DNA from: Candidatus Komeilibacteria bacterium RIFOXYD1_FULL_37_29
GTDB lineage: Bacteria > Patescibacteriota > Patescibacteriia > UBA1558 > GWA2-36-10
Assembly: GCA_001818495.1 (NCBI GenBank)
Contig: MHKS01000005.1
Span: forward strand, 12,288-76,287
DNA: 64,000 nt
Reading direction: 5' to 3'
Part shown: in pieces, positions 17,683-29,685 of the stretch
Layout of the letters: the number at the start of each line of letters is the position of its first letter
Position numbering within the stretch: position 1 is the first letter of the stretch
Translations under genes and position numbers: made by a program
Notes under the pieces: model-generated
What the model saw: the letters and a program-made list of their open reading frames with translations, nothing else
What the model was told of the DNA's origin: nothing
Databases searched by the model: none

Positions 17683-20600
17683 ATGCCCCAAGTGAAAACT
17701 CCGACTCGCAAATATTTTACCACCCTGCGAGAAGCTATACCTCTAACAGATTTGGTCGAAATCCAAAAAAAGTCCTATCATTGGTTTTTTGAAGAGGGAC
17801 TCAAAGAACTTTTTGATGAGATTTCACCGATCACAGATTTTATCGGTCGCGATCTTCAGCTTTCTTTTGAAGATTATTATTTGGACGAACCAAAGTTTGA
17901 TGAAACTCAGGCCAAAAATAAGAATATTTCTTATGAAGCGCCGCTTAGAGTCAATGTCAGATTAGTAAATAAAAGAACCAACGAAGTCAAGGAACAAGAA
18001 ATATACCTTGGCGATTTTCCATTGATGACTGAAAGAGGAACTTTTATTATAAACGGAGTAGAGCGTGTTGTGGTTTCTCAGCTGATTAGATCAGCCGGTG
18101 TGTTTTTTACTTCGCAAGTTTTAAGAGGTAGAAAATATTATGGTGCCAAGATTATACCAAATCGCGGTGCCTGGCTTGAAATAGAAACGGATGTTAATGG
18201 CATTATTTATGTAAAGATTGATCGTAAAAGAAAGGTACCAGTCACTGCGCTGCTTCGCGCCTTTGGTTATTTTACTGATGAGGAAATAAAAAGTTTATTT
18301 AAAGACGTTGATACTCATCCAGAAGTAAAATTTATCGGTCGCACTTTGGAAAAAGATATTTCTAGCAATGAAGCGGAGGGTTTAAAAGAAATTTACCGTC
18401 GTATTCGTCCAGGAGATTTGGCCACTACTGACAATGCTCGAAGTCTTATTCATTCTATGTTTTTTGATTTTGATCGTTATGATTTTGGTCGGGTGGGTAG
18501 ATATAAAATAAATGCTCGTTTTAGTTTAGATATACCCAATAGTAAAGAGACCAGAGTTTTGCGCAAAGAAGATTTGATTTTAGTGGTTAAAGAAATTATC
18601 AAATTGAATCTTTCTCAACAAGAAGCCGATGATATCGATCACTTGGGTAATCGTCGGGTGCGCGCCATTGGTGAATTGGTTCAAAATAGATTTCGTATTG
18701 GTTTGGCTCGTATGGAAAGAATTATTAAAGACCGTATGAGTACTTTGGATATGCATAGTATTAATCCAAATCAACTTATAAACTCTCGGCCAGTGATTGG
18801 TGTGGTCAAAGAATTTTTTATGAGCTCACAGCTTTCCCAATTCATGGATCAGGTTAATCCTTTGGCTGAGCTTGAACACAAGCGACGTCTATCAGCCATG
18901 GGACCAGGTGGCTTGTCTCGAGAAAGAGCTGGCTTTGAAGTGCGTGATGTCCATCGCACTCACTATGGCCGTATTTGCCCGATTGCCACTCCCGAAGGAC
19001 CAAACATTGGTCTAGTTGGCCATTTAGCTTCTTACGCTCGGGTCAATGATTTTGGTTTTATTGAAACACCTTATCGTATTGTTTTGCATGATATAGACAA
19101 TGATCCCAAAATTACTACTGGTCAAATTGCTAGAAAAGACATTAAAACTCCCGATGGTAAAAAATTGATTATTGCTTCAGGGCAGACCATTAGCGCCACT
19201 CAAGCTAAAGAATTAGCCAAGTATAAAGAAATTGAAATTGTGGCTATTAAACCGGTGGTGACCAATGAAATTAGATATGTCGACGCCTTTGAAGAAGAAA
19301 AGTACAATACGGCGGCCGCCACTACACCAATTGATGAAAAGGGGTATTTTATTAATGATTTTGCGGAAATCAGAATTCATGGCAATCCGACTTTTGACAG
19401 AGTAGAAAAAATTGATTTTATGGATGTGGCTCCCAATCAGATTATTTCTATTGCCACCTCTATGATTCCTTTTTTGGAGCACGACGATGCTGTCCGCGCT
19501 TTGATGGGAACAAACATGCAAAGACAAGCAGTCTCTGTGATTAGACCACAAGCACCGATTGTTGGTACTGGTATTGAGGCCAAGGCTGCCATTGACAGTG
19601 GCCAGGTGGTAGTAGCCAAGGAAGATGGTGAGGTTACCTATGTAGATAGTCGCCGCATTGAAGTAACTAATAAGAAAAAAGAAACCATTATTTATCATTT
19701 GAATAAATTTGCTAGGTCCAATACTTCTACTAGTATGAATCAACATCCGATAGTAGATAAGGATGAGAAAGTCAAAAAGGGTACAGCTTTAGCTGATGGT
19801 GCCGCCACTGATCAAGGAGAATTGGCTTTGGGACAAAATATGTTGGTAGCCTATATGACTTGGGATGGTGGAAATTATGAAGACGCTATTTTGATATCAG
19901 AGCGGGTAGTAAAAAATGATAATTATACTTCTGTTAGTATTGAAGATTATTCTATTGATATTCGCGATACTAAACTTGGTCCAGAGGTTTTGACGCGGGA
20001 CATACCAAATGTTTCGGAAGAAAAATTAAAAGACTTAGACCGAGAGGGAATCGTGCGTATTGGTGCCAATGTTTCCTCTGGCGATATATTGGTTGGTAAA
20101 ATTACTCCCAAAGGAGAAACCGAATTGTCGGCTGAAGAAAAATTATTGCGGGCTATTTTTGGTGAGAAAGCCAAAGATGTTCGCGATACCTCTCTTTATT
20201 TAAAACACGGCGAAAGAGGAAAAGTAATTGGTGTCAAAGTATTTTCTCGTGATAAAGGTGATAAATTACCAGCGGGAGTAATCAAAACAATTCAAATTAC
20301 AGTTGCCCAACTTAGAAAAATTCAAGTTGGTGATAAAATGGCTGGTCGCCACGGTAACAAAGGCGTTATTTCCAGAGTGGTGCCAGCAGAAGATATGCCA
20401 TTTTTGGAAGACGGTACGCCAGTAGATATTATTTTGAATCCATTGGGTGTTATTTCTCGTATGAACCTCGGACAGCTTTTGGAGACTCATTTGGGATTAG
20501 CGGCCAGAACTTTAAATTATAAAGTAGCTAGCCCCCCCTTAAATGGTGTAGATGAAAAAATAATTAGAGATGAACTCAAAAGAGCTGGTTGGCCAGAAGA

Positions 20601-21123
20601 CGGTAAGTTGCAGCTTTTTGACGGTCGTACCGGTAAGCCATTTGATAATAAAACCACAGTGGGCGTGGCCTATATGTTGAAATTGAATCACTTAGTCGAA
20701 GATAAGATTCATCAGAGATCCATTGGTCCTTATTCTTTGGTTACTCAGCAACCGCTCGGTGGCAAAGCTCAATTTGGTGGCCAGCGTTTTGGAGAAATGG
20801 AAGTTTGGGCTCTCGAAGCTTATGGTGCTGCCAATACTTTGCAGGAAATGATCACTATCAAATCTGATGATGTGCCGGGTAGAGCCAAGGCTTATGAAGC
20901 TATTATCAAAGGCGAACCTATTAATCGATTAAATATTCCCGAATCATTTAATGTGCTGGTCAGAGAGCTCAAGGGCTTGGCTTTGGATGTCGAATTGATC
21001 GGTAAAAGAGAAACTGAAATCGAAGATATTGACAGAAGGACCAGGGAAGACCTAGCTGAACAAGCGTCGACAGTAGCCGATGCCAGCTCTGATAATTTGT
21101 CAGTTGAGGATTCTAAAGAATAA
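17683..21123 (+). CDS. rpoB: DNA-directed RNA polymerase beta subunit
   Basis: 1146 aa with conserved RpoB blocks throughout. Confidence 0.97.
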   Translation: MPQVKTPTRKYFTTLREAIPLTDLVEIQKKSYHWFFEEGLKELFDEISPITDFIGRDLQLSFEDYYLDEPKFDETQAKNKNISYEAPLRVNVRLVNKRTNEVKEQEIYLGDFPLMTERGTFIINGVERVVVSQLIRSAGVFFTSQVLRGRKYYGAKIIPNRGAWLEIETDVNGIIYVKIDRKRKVPVTALLRAFGYFTDEEIKSLFKDVDTHPEVKFIGRTLEKDISSNEAEGLKEIYRRIRPGDLATTDNARSLIHSMFFDFDRYDFGRVGRYKINARFSLDIPNSKETRVLRKEDLILVVKEIIKLNLSQQEADDIDHLGNRRVRAIGELVQNRFRIGLARMERIIKDRMSTLDMHSINPNQLINSRPVIGVVKEFFMSSQLSQFMDQVNPLAELEHKRRLSAMGPGGLSRERAGFEVRDVHRTHYGRICPIATPEGPNIGLVGHLASYARVNDFGFIETPYRIVLHDIDNDPKITTGQIARKDIKTPDGKKLIIASGQTISATQAKELAKYKEIEIVAIKPVVTNEIRYVDAFEEEKYNTAAATTPIDEKGYFINDFAEIRIHGNPTFDRVEKIDFMDVAPNQIISIATSMIPFLEHDDAVRALMGTNMQRQAVSVIRPQAPIVGTGIEAKAAIDSGQVVVAKEDGEVTYVDSRRIEVTNKKKETIIYHLNKFARSNTSTSMNQHPIVDKDEKVKKGTALADGAATDQGELALGQNMLVAYMTWDGGNYEDAILISERVVKNDNYTSVSIEDYSIDIRDTKLGPEVLTRDIPNVSEEKLKDLDREGIVRIGANVSSGDILVGKITPKGETELSAEEKLLRAIFGEKAKDVRDTSLYLKHGERGKVIGVKVFSRDKGDKLPAGVIKTIQITVAQLRKIQVGDKMAGRHGNKGVISRVVPAEDMPFLEDGTPVDIILNPLGVISRMNLGQLLETHLGLAARTLNYKVASPPLNGVDEKIIRDELKRAGWPEDGKLQLFDGRTGKPFDNKTTVGVAYMLKLNHLVEDKIHQRSIGPYSLVTQQPLGGKAQFGGQRFGEMEVWALEAYGAANTLQEMITIKSDDVPGRAKAYEAIIKGEPINRLNIPESFNVLVRELKGLALDVELIGKRETEIEDIDRRTREDLAEQASTVADASSDNLSVEDSKE

Positions 21124-21152
21124 TTTTTGATCATATAAAATTATAAAAATAT

Positions 21153-24100
21153 ATGCCTACTCCTTCATCAACAAAAACCACTTTTATGGCCAGAGAAAAG
21201 ACTACTGTTTTGGAATTTGACGCTATAAAATTGCGATTAGCTTCCTCTGACGATATTCATAGATGGTCACATGGGGAAATTTTGAAACCAGAAACCATCA
21301 ACTATCGTACTCAGAAACCAGAAAAAGATGGTTTGTTTTGCGAAAGAATATTTGGTCCAACTAAAGATTGGGAATGTTATTGTGGTAAGTATAAAAGAAT
21401 TCGTTATAAAGGTATTACTTGCGATAAATGCGGTGTGGAAGTAACCAGAGCCGCTGTTCGTAGAGAAAGGATGGGACATATTGATCTAGCCGCACCCGTT
21501 TCTCATATTTGGTTTTTGCGTGGTATTCCTTCTAAAATCGGCTTGGTTTTAGATCTGAGCATCCAGGCGCTTGAAAAAGTAATTTACTTTGCTAGTTTTA
21601 TCGTTACTCAGGTTGATGAAGAAGCTCGTAAAGAAACCATTGAACAGATTAAAAATGAGTTAAAGAGTAAACGCAAGCAAATTGATAATGAGTTTAATCA
21701 AAGAAATCAAGAATTAAATAACAATAAAGTTAAATTACTGGCTGAGGGTAAGGAAAAGGAAAAAATCAATAAGCAAATTGAACAGGATTTGATGAATTTG
21801 AATGTTGCTAAAATTGATAAAATAAAAACTTTAGAAGAAGCGGCCGAGACTGCTCTAAAAGAATTGCGAGAATTAAAACTTTTGCAGATTATTTCTGAAA
21901 CTAAATATCAAGAATTGGCTTTGCGTTATGGACATGTTTTTGAAGCTGGTATTGGTGCCGAAGCTGTCCGAGACTTGCTTAAGAAAGTTAATTTAAAAGA
22001 GCTATACGAAGCTTTGGAAGAAGAAATTGGTGATTCCATTGCCTCCAAGAGAAAAAAATTGATTAGACGCTCCCGATTAATCAAGAGTTTAATGGTCAAT
22101 GGTATTCGTCCGGAATGGATGATCTTGACCGTTGTACCAGTAATCCCACCCGATCTTCGTCCCATGGTCCAACTTGATGGAGGGCGCTTCGCTTCTTCTG
22201 ATTTAAATGATCTTTATCGTCGCGTTATTAATCGTAATAATCGTTTAAAGAGATTAAAAGATTTAAATGCTCCAGAAGTTATTCAGCGCAATGAAAAAAG
22301 AATGTTACAAGAAGCGATTGATGCTTTAATTGATAACAATGCTCGTCAAGGAAAAACCGTTACGGCTTCTACTGGGCAAAAACGCTCTTTAAAGAGCATT
22401 GCCGATATGCTCAAAGGTAAGCAGGGTCGTTTTAGACAGAACTTACTAGGCAAACGCGTGGATTATTCTGGTCGTTCAGTTATAGTAGTGGGGCCTCATC
22501 TTAAAATTTATCAGTGTGGTTTGCCCAAGACCATGGCTTTGGAATTGTTTAGACCCTTTGTCATTTCTCAACTGATCAAACGGGAGTTTGTCCATAATGT
22601 TAGAAGCGCCAATCGTTTTATTGAAGCCGGTCATCCCGAAGTGTGGGCCATTTTGGAAGAAGTAATCGCCGGAGCCAATGTTATGTTAAATCGTGCACCG
22701 ACTTTACATCGTCTTGGTATCCAAGCTTTTCAACCAACTCTGATTGAGGGTAAGGCTATTCAACTTCATCCCCTAGTCTGCTCAGCTTTTAACGCTGATT
22801 TTGATGGTGACCAAATGGCTGTCCACGTGCCGTTAACCGAAGAAGCCAAAGAAGAGGCTAGAACCATTATGCTTTCCTCTAACAATTTGTTAAAACCAGC
22901 CACCGGTGATCCAGTCGCTGTACCTAACCAAGATATTGTTTGGGGTGGATATTATCTGACTTATATTTCTCCGGAAGCCAAGGCCAAAAAAGCCTTTGGT
23001 GATGAAGATGAAGCAGAAAAAGCTTTTGTCTTGGGAGTAATTTCTTTACAGGAACCTATTAAGGCTAGGGTAGCTCGAGCTAAGAATCAGATTTTAGACA
23101 CCAGTGTTGGTCGTATTTTGTTTAATAAGATTTTACCTGAGGAAATGACTTATGTGAACAAAACATTAGACAAAAAAGGTTTAAAAAATATTGTGGCCTT
23201 GGCTTTTAGAACTTTGTCTCACGATAAAACAGTGGCCTTACTGGATGATATTAAAGATATTGCTTTTAAATATATTACTACCTCTGGTTCTTCTTGGGGC
23301 ATGGATGATATTCCAAAATTGCCAGAGAAAAAAGAATTGATTAAAGAGGGCGAAAAGAGAGTAGAAGAAATTAAGGAACAATATAATCAGGGTCTTTTAA
23401 CCAACAATGAAAGGTATATTAAGGTAATTGAGGTTTGGAATGAAATCAAAAACAGGATTTATGATAAATCTCAAGGCACCTTTACTTCTAAAAATTCAGT
23501 GGCCAGTATTATTGAGTCCGGTGCTCGCGGTTCTTGGTCACAGATGATTCAGATTATGGGTATGAAAGGATTGGTTATCAATCCGGCTGGTGATATTATC
23601 GAATTGCCGGTTAAAGCTAATTTTCAGGAAGGTTTGGATGTTTTGGAATATTTTATTTCCACCCACGGTACTCGTAAGGGACTTTCTGATACAGCTCTTC
23701 GTACGGCCAATGCCGGGTATTTAACCAGACGTTTGGTCGATGTTTCACAAGATGTAGTGATCTTGGAAAGTGATTGTAAAGATAAAGAAGGATTGGTTAT
23801 TACTAAAGCCGAAAGTAAAGACATTAATGAAACATTATCAGAAAGAGCTATTGGCCGGATAATCTTGGATGATATTATTGATCCAAAAAATAAAAAAGTA
23901 TTAATCAAGAAACATACTTTAGTCACCAAAGAATTGTCGGAACAGATTGAAAAAGCCAACCCGGAACATATTAGAATTAGATCACTCTTATCTTGTAAAT
24001 CTATTAGGGGTGCTTGTCAAAAATGTTATGGTTTTGATTTGGGCTTTAATGAATTGGTAAAATTGGGTACAGCTGTTGGCATAGTAGCGGCTCAAAGTAT

Positions 24101-25040
24101 TGGCGAGCCTGGCACCCAGCTAACTATGAGAACTTTTCATACTGGTGGTGTGGCCGAAGGCGATATTACTCAAGGTTTGCCTAGGGTAGAAGAATTATTT
24201 GAAGCTCGCCAGCCCAAGAAGCAGTCAATTCTAGCGCCAATTTCTGGTCTGGTGCAAATTGATAATGACAATAAGCTGATTAGTAAGGAGCAGAGAATTA
24301 TTAAGATCAAGCCGCATGAAATCAGAATTGAAGAATACATACTAGAAGATGGCATGGAACCCAAAGTAAAGGATGGCCAGGAAGTAGAAGTTGATCAGGT
24401 CATTATTATGAATAAAAAGGACAAGGTTCGTACCAAGCTGGAAGGTTTGGTTAAACTAAAGGACAAGAGAATGACCATCGTCAGTCGAGAGGGTAGCATG
24501 CAGGATGTCATTATCCCAGCTGGTTACAATCTTTGGATCAAAGATAAAGATATGGTTGAGGAAGGTCAACAAATTACTGAGGGTAGTATTGACCTTAAAG
24601 AATTGTATGCTTTGAAGGGCAAGTTGAGTGTCCAAAAATATATTATCAAAGAAATCAAACATATTTACTCTTCGCAGGGACAAAATTTAAATGACAAACA
24701 TGTTGAGTTGATTGTCAAGCAGATGTTTTCTAGAATTTTAGTGAAAGATATTGGTGATACAGAGCTTTTGCCCGGAGAAGTAGTCACCTCTACCCAATTT
24801 GAAGAAGCCAACCGAGCTGTCAAAGGAGAAAAATCTACCGGAGACATTTTACTGCTAGGCATTACTAAAGCGGCCTTAACTTCAGATTCTTTCTTGTCCG
24901 CCGCTTCTTTTCAGGAGACAGCTCGCGTTTTAATTGATGCCGCTATTTCCGGAAAGGTAGATTATTTGAGAGGTCTCAAGGAGAATGTAATCATTGGTCG
25001 CAAGATTCCAGCTGGTACTGGTTTTAAGCAGAAAAAATAA
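21153..25040 (+). CDS. rpoC: DNA-directed RNA polymerase beta' subunit
   Basis: 1295 aa with the Zn-binding [19 protein letters not shown] and the catalytic NADFDGD. Confidence 0.97.
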   Translation: MPTPSSTKTTFMAREKTTVLEFDAIKLRLASSDDIHRWSHGEILKPETINYRTQKPEKDGLFCERIFGPTKDWECYCGKYKRIRYKGITCDKCGVEVTRAAVRRERMGHIDLAAPVSHIWFLRGIPSKIGLVLDLSIQALEKVIYFASFIVTQVDEEARKETIEQIKNELKSKRKQIDNEFNQRNQELNNNKVKLLAEGKEKEKINKQIEQDLMNLNVAKIDKIKTLEEAAETALKELRELKLLQIISETKYQELALRYGHVFEAGIGAEAVRDLLKKVNLKELYEALEEEIGDSIASKRKKLIRRSRLIKSLMVNGIRPEWMILTVVPVIPPDLRPMVQLDGGRFASSDLNDLYRRVINRNNRLKRLKDLNAPEVIQRNEKRMLQEAIDALIDNNARQGKTVTASTGQKRSLKSIADMLKGKQGRFRQNLLGKRVDYSGRSVIVVGPHLKIYQCGLPKTMALELFRPFVISQLIKREFVHNVRSANRFIEAGHPEVWAILEEVIAGANVMLNRAPTLHRLGIQAFQPTLIEGKAIQLHPLVCSAFNADFDGDQMAVHVPLTEEAKEEARTIMLSSNNLLKPATGDPVAVPNQDIVWGGYYLTYISPEAKAKKAFGDEDEAEKAFVLGVISLQEPIKARVARAKNQILDTSVGRILFNKILPEEMTYVNKTLDKKGLKNIVALAFRTLSHDKTVALLDDIKDIAFKYITTSGSSWGMDDIPKLPEKKELIKEGEKRVEEIKEQYNQGLLTNNERYIKVIEVWNEIKNRIYDKSQGTFTSKNSVASIIESGARGSWSQMIQIMGMKGLVINPAGDIIELPVKANFQEGLDVLEYFISTHGTRKGLSDTALRTANAGYLTRRLVDVSQDVVILESDCKDKEGLVITKAESKDINETLSERAIGRIILDDIIDPKNKKVLIKKHTLVTKELSEQIEKANPEHIRIRSLLSCKSIRGACQKCYGFDLGFNELVKLGTAVGIVAAQSIGEPGTQLTMRTFHTGGVAEGDITQGLPRVEELFEARQPKKQSILAPISGLVQIDNDNKLISKEQRIIKIKPHEIRIEEYILEDGMEPKVKDGQEVEVDQVIIMNKKDKVRTKLEGLVKLKDKRMTIVSREGSMQDVIIPAGYNLWIKDKDMVEEGQQITEGSIDLKELYALKGKLSVQKYIIKEIKHIYSSQGQNLNDKHVELIVKQMFSRILVKDIGDTELLPGEVVTSTQFEEANRAVKGEKSTGDILLLGITKAALTSDSFLSAASFQETARVLIDAAISGKVDYLRGLKENVIIGRKIPAGTGFKQKK

Positions 25041-25054
25041 AGATATTTTTAGCA

Positions 25055-25085
25055 AAAAAGCCCCCCAAAAGGGGGCTTTTTCTAT
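25055..25085 (+). terminator. intrinsic terminator after rpoC
   Basis: AAAAAAGCCCCC-caaaa-GGGGGCTTTTTT. Confidence 0.7.
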
Positions 25086-25152
25086 TTTGTTAGGGATTTA
25101 TTTTTCTAGATAAATATGATAAAATATAGATAGATTATTATTTTTTAAACTA

Positions 25153-27372
25153 ATGTCTAGACGAAAAACTAGTGTTAATTATCAGGAGGAAGAGTCCTTG
25201 GGACTCAAGCCAGAAACTAAACGCGCTATTTTTGTTATATTGTTATTTACCTTGGCTGCTTTAAGCGTTTTGTCTATATTTGATATGGCTGGATCTTTTG
25301 GCCGAGTTTTAAATTTCGCTCTCGCCTATATTTTTGGTTGGGGCATTTGGTTATTTATTTTGATTTTATTATGGTTGGTTTATATTTTGATGAAGAGTGG
25401 CATTTATGGAGTACGATTTGTTACTTATATTGGGCTATCCTTAATTTTATTATCATTTTCTGGTATTTTACATTTTTTTGTGCTGGATTTTAATTTAGAA
25501 GAAATTACCGCTGCTGGCAAAGGCGGCGGAGCCATTGGGTATTTTATTAGCGAAGCGGGGGTAAGTGCTCTGGGAGTTGGTGGATCGCTAGTGATACTTT
25601 TGGCCATATTATTTATTGGGGTATTCTTGGGTTTTAATACTTCTTTTTCCGCTTTGTTAGATAAAGCTAAAACTTTGGGTATTATTAAAGAAAAATTTTT
25701 ACCAGACAAAGGCACAGACGGAGAAGACGAGAATACGGAGGAGGAAAATGAATTTCAAACGGAGGATATTATTGAAGAAGATCAGATAGAAGAGCCAGTT
25801 GAAGAAGGTGGTCAAGAACCAGCCGGAGAAATAGCCTTGGCCGAGGGTAGTGTTGAGGAGGAAGAGCAAGTTATACCGGTTAAAAAAGTCAGAAAAAAAA
25901 TAGTTGTGCCAATAGAGCTGCTTTCTAAATCAACTAGCAAACCAGACTCGGGCGATGTCAATGCTAACATGAATAAAATTCAAAAGACTTTTGAAAATTT
26001 TGGCATTGATGTTACTATGGCCGAGGTCAATGTTGGTCCGACCGTTACGCAATATACTTTGCGACCAGCCGAGGGCGTCAGATTGTCTCAAATGTTGACT
26101 TTGCAAAATGATTTAGCCCTGGCTTTGGCTGCTCATCCCCTACGCATGGAAGCACCGATTCCAGGTAAATCATTGGTGGGCGTAGAAGTACCAAATCAAT
26201 CTGTTTCCACAGTTAAACTAAGAGAAATATTAGAAAGTGCTACTTATAAAAAGAGAAAAAATAATTTGTATTTATCCTTAGGTAAAGATGTAGCGGGAAA
26301 TGCCATTATGGCGAACTTAGCGACGATGCCCCATCTTTTAATTGCTGGAGCAACTGGTAGCGGTAAATCGGTTTGTATTAATAATGTTATTTTGAGTTTG
26401 ATTTATGAAAACTCGCCAGATGAATTGAAATTTATTTTAATTGATCCCAAACGCGTAGAACTTTCTTCTTATAATGATATTCCACATTTGTTAGCCCCGG
26501 TGATAAATGATACTGATAAAGCTATCAATGCCTTGCGTTGGGTAGTAAATGAGATGCATGGCCGATACAAATTGTTGCAAGCGGCTGGCAAAAGAAATAT
26601 TGAGGCGTATAATAAGGCGGTGATTGTTAATAAAATTCCTTATATTGTGGTCATTGTTGATGAATTTGCCGCTCTGATGTCTTTGGCTTCTAAAGAAATA
26701 GAAGCGGCTGTAGTATCTTTAGCTCAAATGGCTCGCGCCGTAGGTATTCATTTGGTTTTAGCCACCCAGAGACCATCGGTTGATGTGATTACGGGACTTA
26801 TTAAAGCTAACATTACTTCTCGCATTGCCTTTGCTGTCGCTTCCTCTATGGATTCTCGCACCATTATTGATACTTCAGGGGCAGAAAAATTATTAGGCAA
26901 AGGAGATATGTTGTTTATGACCGCCGAAGTTTCCAAACCGCGTCGTATCCAAGGTGCCTATGTATCGGATGAGGAAATAACAGCTGTTGTAGATTTTCTA
27001 AAAAGTAAAGCGGAACCAGAATATAATAGTAATGTTACAGAAAGGGCTAGCGGGCCAGTGGCTGGCTTTGGTGGCGGCGGAGATTTTGATGATGCCTTGA
27101 CTCAAGAGGCCAAGGAAGTAGTGATCAAGGCTGGTAAAGCTTCAGCTACACTACTGCAAAGAAGACTAAGAGTTGGCTATGCCCGAGCTGCTCGGCTATT
27201 AGATATTTTGGAAGAAATGGGAGTAGTCAGTGCTGCTGACGGGTCTAAACCTCGGGAAGTATTAATTTCTCAGGGGGATTTAGAAGAAAATTTTTCTTCC
27301 GTCTTAGATGAGGAAGAGATATCGGACGAAACTGACGAAGAAGACGATAAGGATGAGCAGCCCCGCTTTTAA
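25153..27372 (+). CDS. ftsK: DNA translocase FtsK/SpoIIIE
   Basis: N-terminal TM helices, an acidic linker, a motor with Walker A GATGSGKS, and a C-terminal gamma winged-helix. Confidence 0.9.
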   Translation: MSRRKTSVNYQEEESLGLKPETKRAIFVILLFTLAALSVLSIFDMAGSFGRVLNFALAYIFGWGIWLFILILLWLVYILMKSGIYGVRFVTYIGLSLILLSFSGILHFFVLDFNLEEITAAGKGGGAIGYFISEAGVSALGVGGSLVILLAILFIGVFLGFNTSFSALLDKAKTLGIIKEKFLPDKGTDGEDENTEEENEFQTEDIIEEDQIEEPVEEGGQEPAGEIALAEGSVEEEEQVIPVKKVRKKIVVPIELLSKSTSKPDSGDVNANMNKIQKTFENFGIDVTMAEVNVGPTVTQYTLRPAEGVRLSQMLTLQNDLALALAAHPLRMEAPIPGKSLVGVEVPNQSVSTVKLREILESATYKKRKNNLYLSLGKDVAGNAIMANLATMPHLLIAGATGSGKSVCINNVILSLIYENSPDELKFILIDPKRVELSSYNDIPHLLAPVINDTDKAINALRWVVNEMHGRYKLLQAAGKRNIEAYNKAVIVNKIPYIVVIVDEFAALMSLASKEIEAAVVSLAQMARAVGIHLVLATQRPSVDVITGLIKANITSRIAFAVASSMDSRTIIDTSGAEKLLGKGDMLFMTAEVSKPRRIQGAYVSDEEITAVVDFLKSKAEPEYNSNVTERASGPVAGFGGGGDFDDALTQEAKEVVIKAGKASATLLQRRLRVGYARAARLLDILEEMGVVSAADGSKPREVLISQGDLEENFSSVLDEEEISDETDEEDDKDEQPRF

Positions 27373-27383
27373 TTAAAGTTAAT

Positions 27384-28064
27384 ATGGCAAGTTTTAAACA
27401 AAAGAAGATTAGCCGATCACAAACTCTGGCTGATAAACTAAGACAATCTAGATTGGAACAAAATAAGACTTTGGCTGAAGCAGAGGCTGTTACCGGGATT
27501 CAAACCAAATATCTAGAAATATTAGAAGAAGGAAATTATCAGAAGTTACCAGGCAATATCTACGCCAAGGCTTGGCTTAGACTTTATGCTAATTTTTTGG
27601 GTTTACAAGCCAATGAATTGTTAGTTGATTATAAAATAGAAAAATCAATTAGTGACAGATTAGTTAAAGTAGATGTTCCCCAAGAGAAAAATAATAATAT
27701 TTTTGCTTATAGAATATTAAAGCCACGAGTTTTAAAATCTTTAGGCATTGGCTTGCTGATTGTTGCTCTATTTGCTTATTTGGGTTGGGAGGTTAATAAT
27801 ATAATTTCTCCGCCAGAGGTATTAATCTTTGAACCAACTAGTAATTTTAAGACCACCGATTCTAGTGTGGTTATCAAAGGTCAAACCAAACCAGAGGTGC
27901 AGTTGACTATTAATAATGAATTGGTATTATTGGATGAGGCAGGCTATTTTAGCCAGGAAGTAAATTTATTGAATGGGCTAAATAATTTAGAAATAAGTGC
28001 CAAAAAGAAACACAGTCGAATTCGAACCATAGAAATAGTAATTTTAAGAGAGTCATTAGAATAA
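27384..28064 (+). CDS. RodZ-like HTH (XRE) + single-TM morphogenetic protein
   Basis: The N-terminus (LADKLRQSRLEQNKTLAEAEAVTGIQTKYLEILEEGNYQKLPG..YAKAWLRLYANFLGL) matches the RodZ HTH region and is followed by one TM helix. Confidence 0.6.
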   Translation: MASFKQKKISRSQTLADKLRQSRLEQNKTLAEAEAVTGIQTKYLEILEEGNYQKLPGNIYAKAWLRLYANFLGLQANELLVDYKIEKSISDRLVKVDVPQEKNNNIFAYRILKPRVLKSLGIGLLIVALFAYLGWEVNNIISPPEVLIFEPTSNFKTTDSSVVIKGQTKPEVQLTINNELVLLDEAGYFSQEVNLLNGLNNLEISAKKKHSRIRTIEIVILRESLE

Positions 28065-28126
28065 TTAATAACATAATTAAGGCAAGCATAAACAGGCGGT
28101 TTGCTATTTAAGAAAGGATTATACAT

Positions 28127-29137
28127 ATGGTTAAGAAAACCAAAGAAGATTTTGATCCAGCTACCAGGAGTGCCATTGAGGAGATTAGGACGCGTTTTGG
28201 CGAGGGCGCTATTATGAATTTAGGCGACGCTAAAGCTATGAATGTAGAAGCAGTTAGTACAGGCTGTTTATCTTTAGATATTGCCTTGGGTGTGGGTGGT
28301 GTACCGCGTGGTCGGATTATTGAAATTTATGGACCAGAAGCCTCTGGTAAAACTACTTTGGCCCAACACATTGTGGCGGAAGTACAAAGGGGTGGCGGTA
28401 CAGCAGCTTTTGTGGATGCTGAGCATGCTCTAGATCCTGATTATGCCAAAAAAATTGGTGTAGACATTGATCATCTACTTATCTCTCAACCAGACACTGG
28501 TGAACAAGCTTTAGAGATTGTGGAGGCTTTAGTACGTAGCGGCGGAGTGGACGTGATAGTCATTGACTCAGTTGCTGCCTTGGTGCCCAAAGCAGAAATT
28601 GAGGGAGAAATGGGTGATTCTCATATGGGACTGCAAGCTAGACTGATGAGCCAAGCCCTTAGAAAATTAGCTGGTATTGTACACAAGAGCAAAACAATGG
28701 TGATTTTTATCAATCAGATTCGCATGAAAATCGGAGTGTTTTTTGGCAATCCAGAGACTACTACTGGTGGTAATGCTTTAAAATTTTATGCTTCGGTCAG
28801 AATTGAAGTCAGACGATCAGCCCAGATCAAGCAAGGAGAAAAAATTATTGGTAATCAGGTTAAAGCTAAGGTTGTAAAAAATAAAGTAGCAGCTCCTTTT
28901 AAAGGCACTAGCTTTGATATCATGTATAATGAGGGCATTTCAGTCTCAGGCGATCTTTTGGATACTGGTTTGGCCTTGGGGGTAATCACCAAATCGGGTA
29001 ACTCCTATAATTATGGAGATATGAAATTGGGAGTTGGTCGAGAAAACGCCAAAGCATTTTTGCGCGCTGATAAAACATTAATGGGTGAACTTCGACAAAA
29101 TATTTGGAAACAATACCGCTCTTCTGAGGAATTATAA
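28127..29137 (+). CDS. recA: recombinase RecA
   Basis: Walker [10 protein letters not shown] plus the L1/L2 loops. Confidence 0.97.
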   Translation: MVKKTKEDFDPATRSAIEEIRTRFGEGAIMNLGDAKAMNVEAVSTGCLSLDIALGVGGVPRGRIIEIYGPEASGKTTLAQHIVAEVQRGGGTAAFVDAEHALDPDYAKKIGVDIDHLLISQPDTGEQALEIVEALVRSGGVDVIVIDSVAALVPKAEIEGEMGDSHMGLQARLMSQALRKLAGIVHKSKTMVIFINQIRMKIGVFFGNPETTTGGNALKFYASVRIEVRRSAQIKQGEKIIGNQVKAKVVKNKVAAPFKGTSFDIMYNEGISVSGDLLDTGLALGVITKSGNSYNYGDMKLGVGRENAKAFLRADKTLMGELRQNIWKQYRSSEEL

Positions 29138-29157
29138 ATAACATTAGATTATGAGAA

Positions 29158-29187
29158 AAGACTGGTCAATGACCAGTCTTTTTTTCT
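29158..29187. terminator. bidirectional terminator between recA and the convergent Cys-rich gene
   Basis: AAGACTGGTC-aat-GACCAGTCTT followed by TTTTTC. Confidence 0.6.
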
Positions 29188-29552
29188 TTGGGGGTGTTCT
29201 TGTTTTGTAGTATAAAATGTGCCAAGGCTTTGGCCAGTTCAAAGCGGATGCTATTACAGTTGTCTCCATCACCACAGGCCAAAGAATGTCTGCCCATACC
29301 AACGCCAGATAAACATGTACCGTCGTCTTTGGCAAGCATTGTAGCTAACCGAAGGGCTTGTTTATGAGTTTTGACTCGGTAGCGACACGCATCGGGACTG
29401 TATCCAGAATTTTTACATTTTTTGCCCTTACATTTGTGGTCAGGCAAGTAGCTTTTCCCTGGTTCGAGTTTTAGCCATTTTTGGCAGTCGGAGCAAAGAC
29501 CCTCCTCGGTCAAAAATGTCTTTTCGGCCAGCTCTAGCATGCTTCTATTCAT
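29166..29552 (-). CDS. hypothetical Cys-rich protein (possible zinc-ribbon / HNH-like); GC-elevated
   Basis: 128 aa with about ten Cys, including CSDC..DHKCKGKKCKNSG..CRYRVKTHK. About 45% GC; the only long ORF in this interval. Confidence 0.4.
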   Translation of the reverse strand: MNRSMLELAEKTFLTEEGLCSDCQKWLKLEPGKSYLPDHKCKGKKCKNSGYSPDACRYRVKTHKQALRLATMLAKDDGTCLSGVGMGRHSLACGDGDNCNSIRFELAKALAHFILQNKNTPKEKKTGH

Positions 29553-29685
29553 GGTCTTCCTCTTTCTTTTATTTGGATTGATAAGGACTATTTAATTAGG
29601 TAACTTTAGTACAGACCTAGGGTTGTGTCAATTGTTATTTTTTATTACTCTCAGTCTTGCTAGGGGCGGTTTTTATTAGTATAAT

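Noticed and set aside
19213-19746. 177-aa ORF antisense inside rpoB, and similar antisense ORFs inside rpoC, ftsK, polA and tyrS
   Set aside because: They are fully embedded antisense in highly conserved genes, with low-complexity translations.
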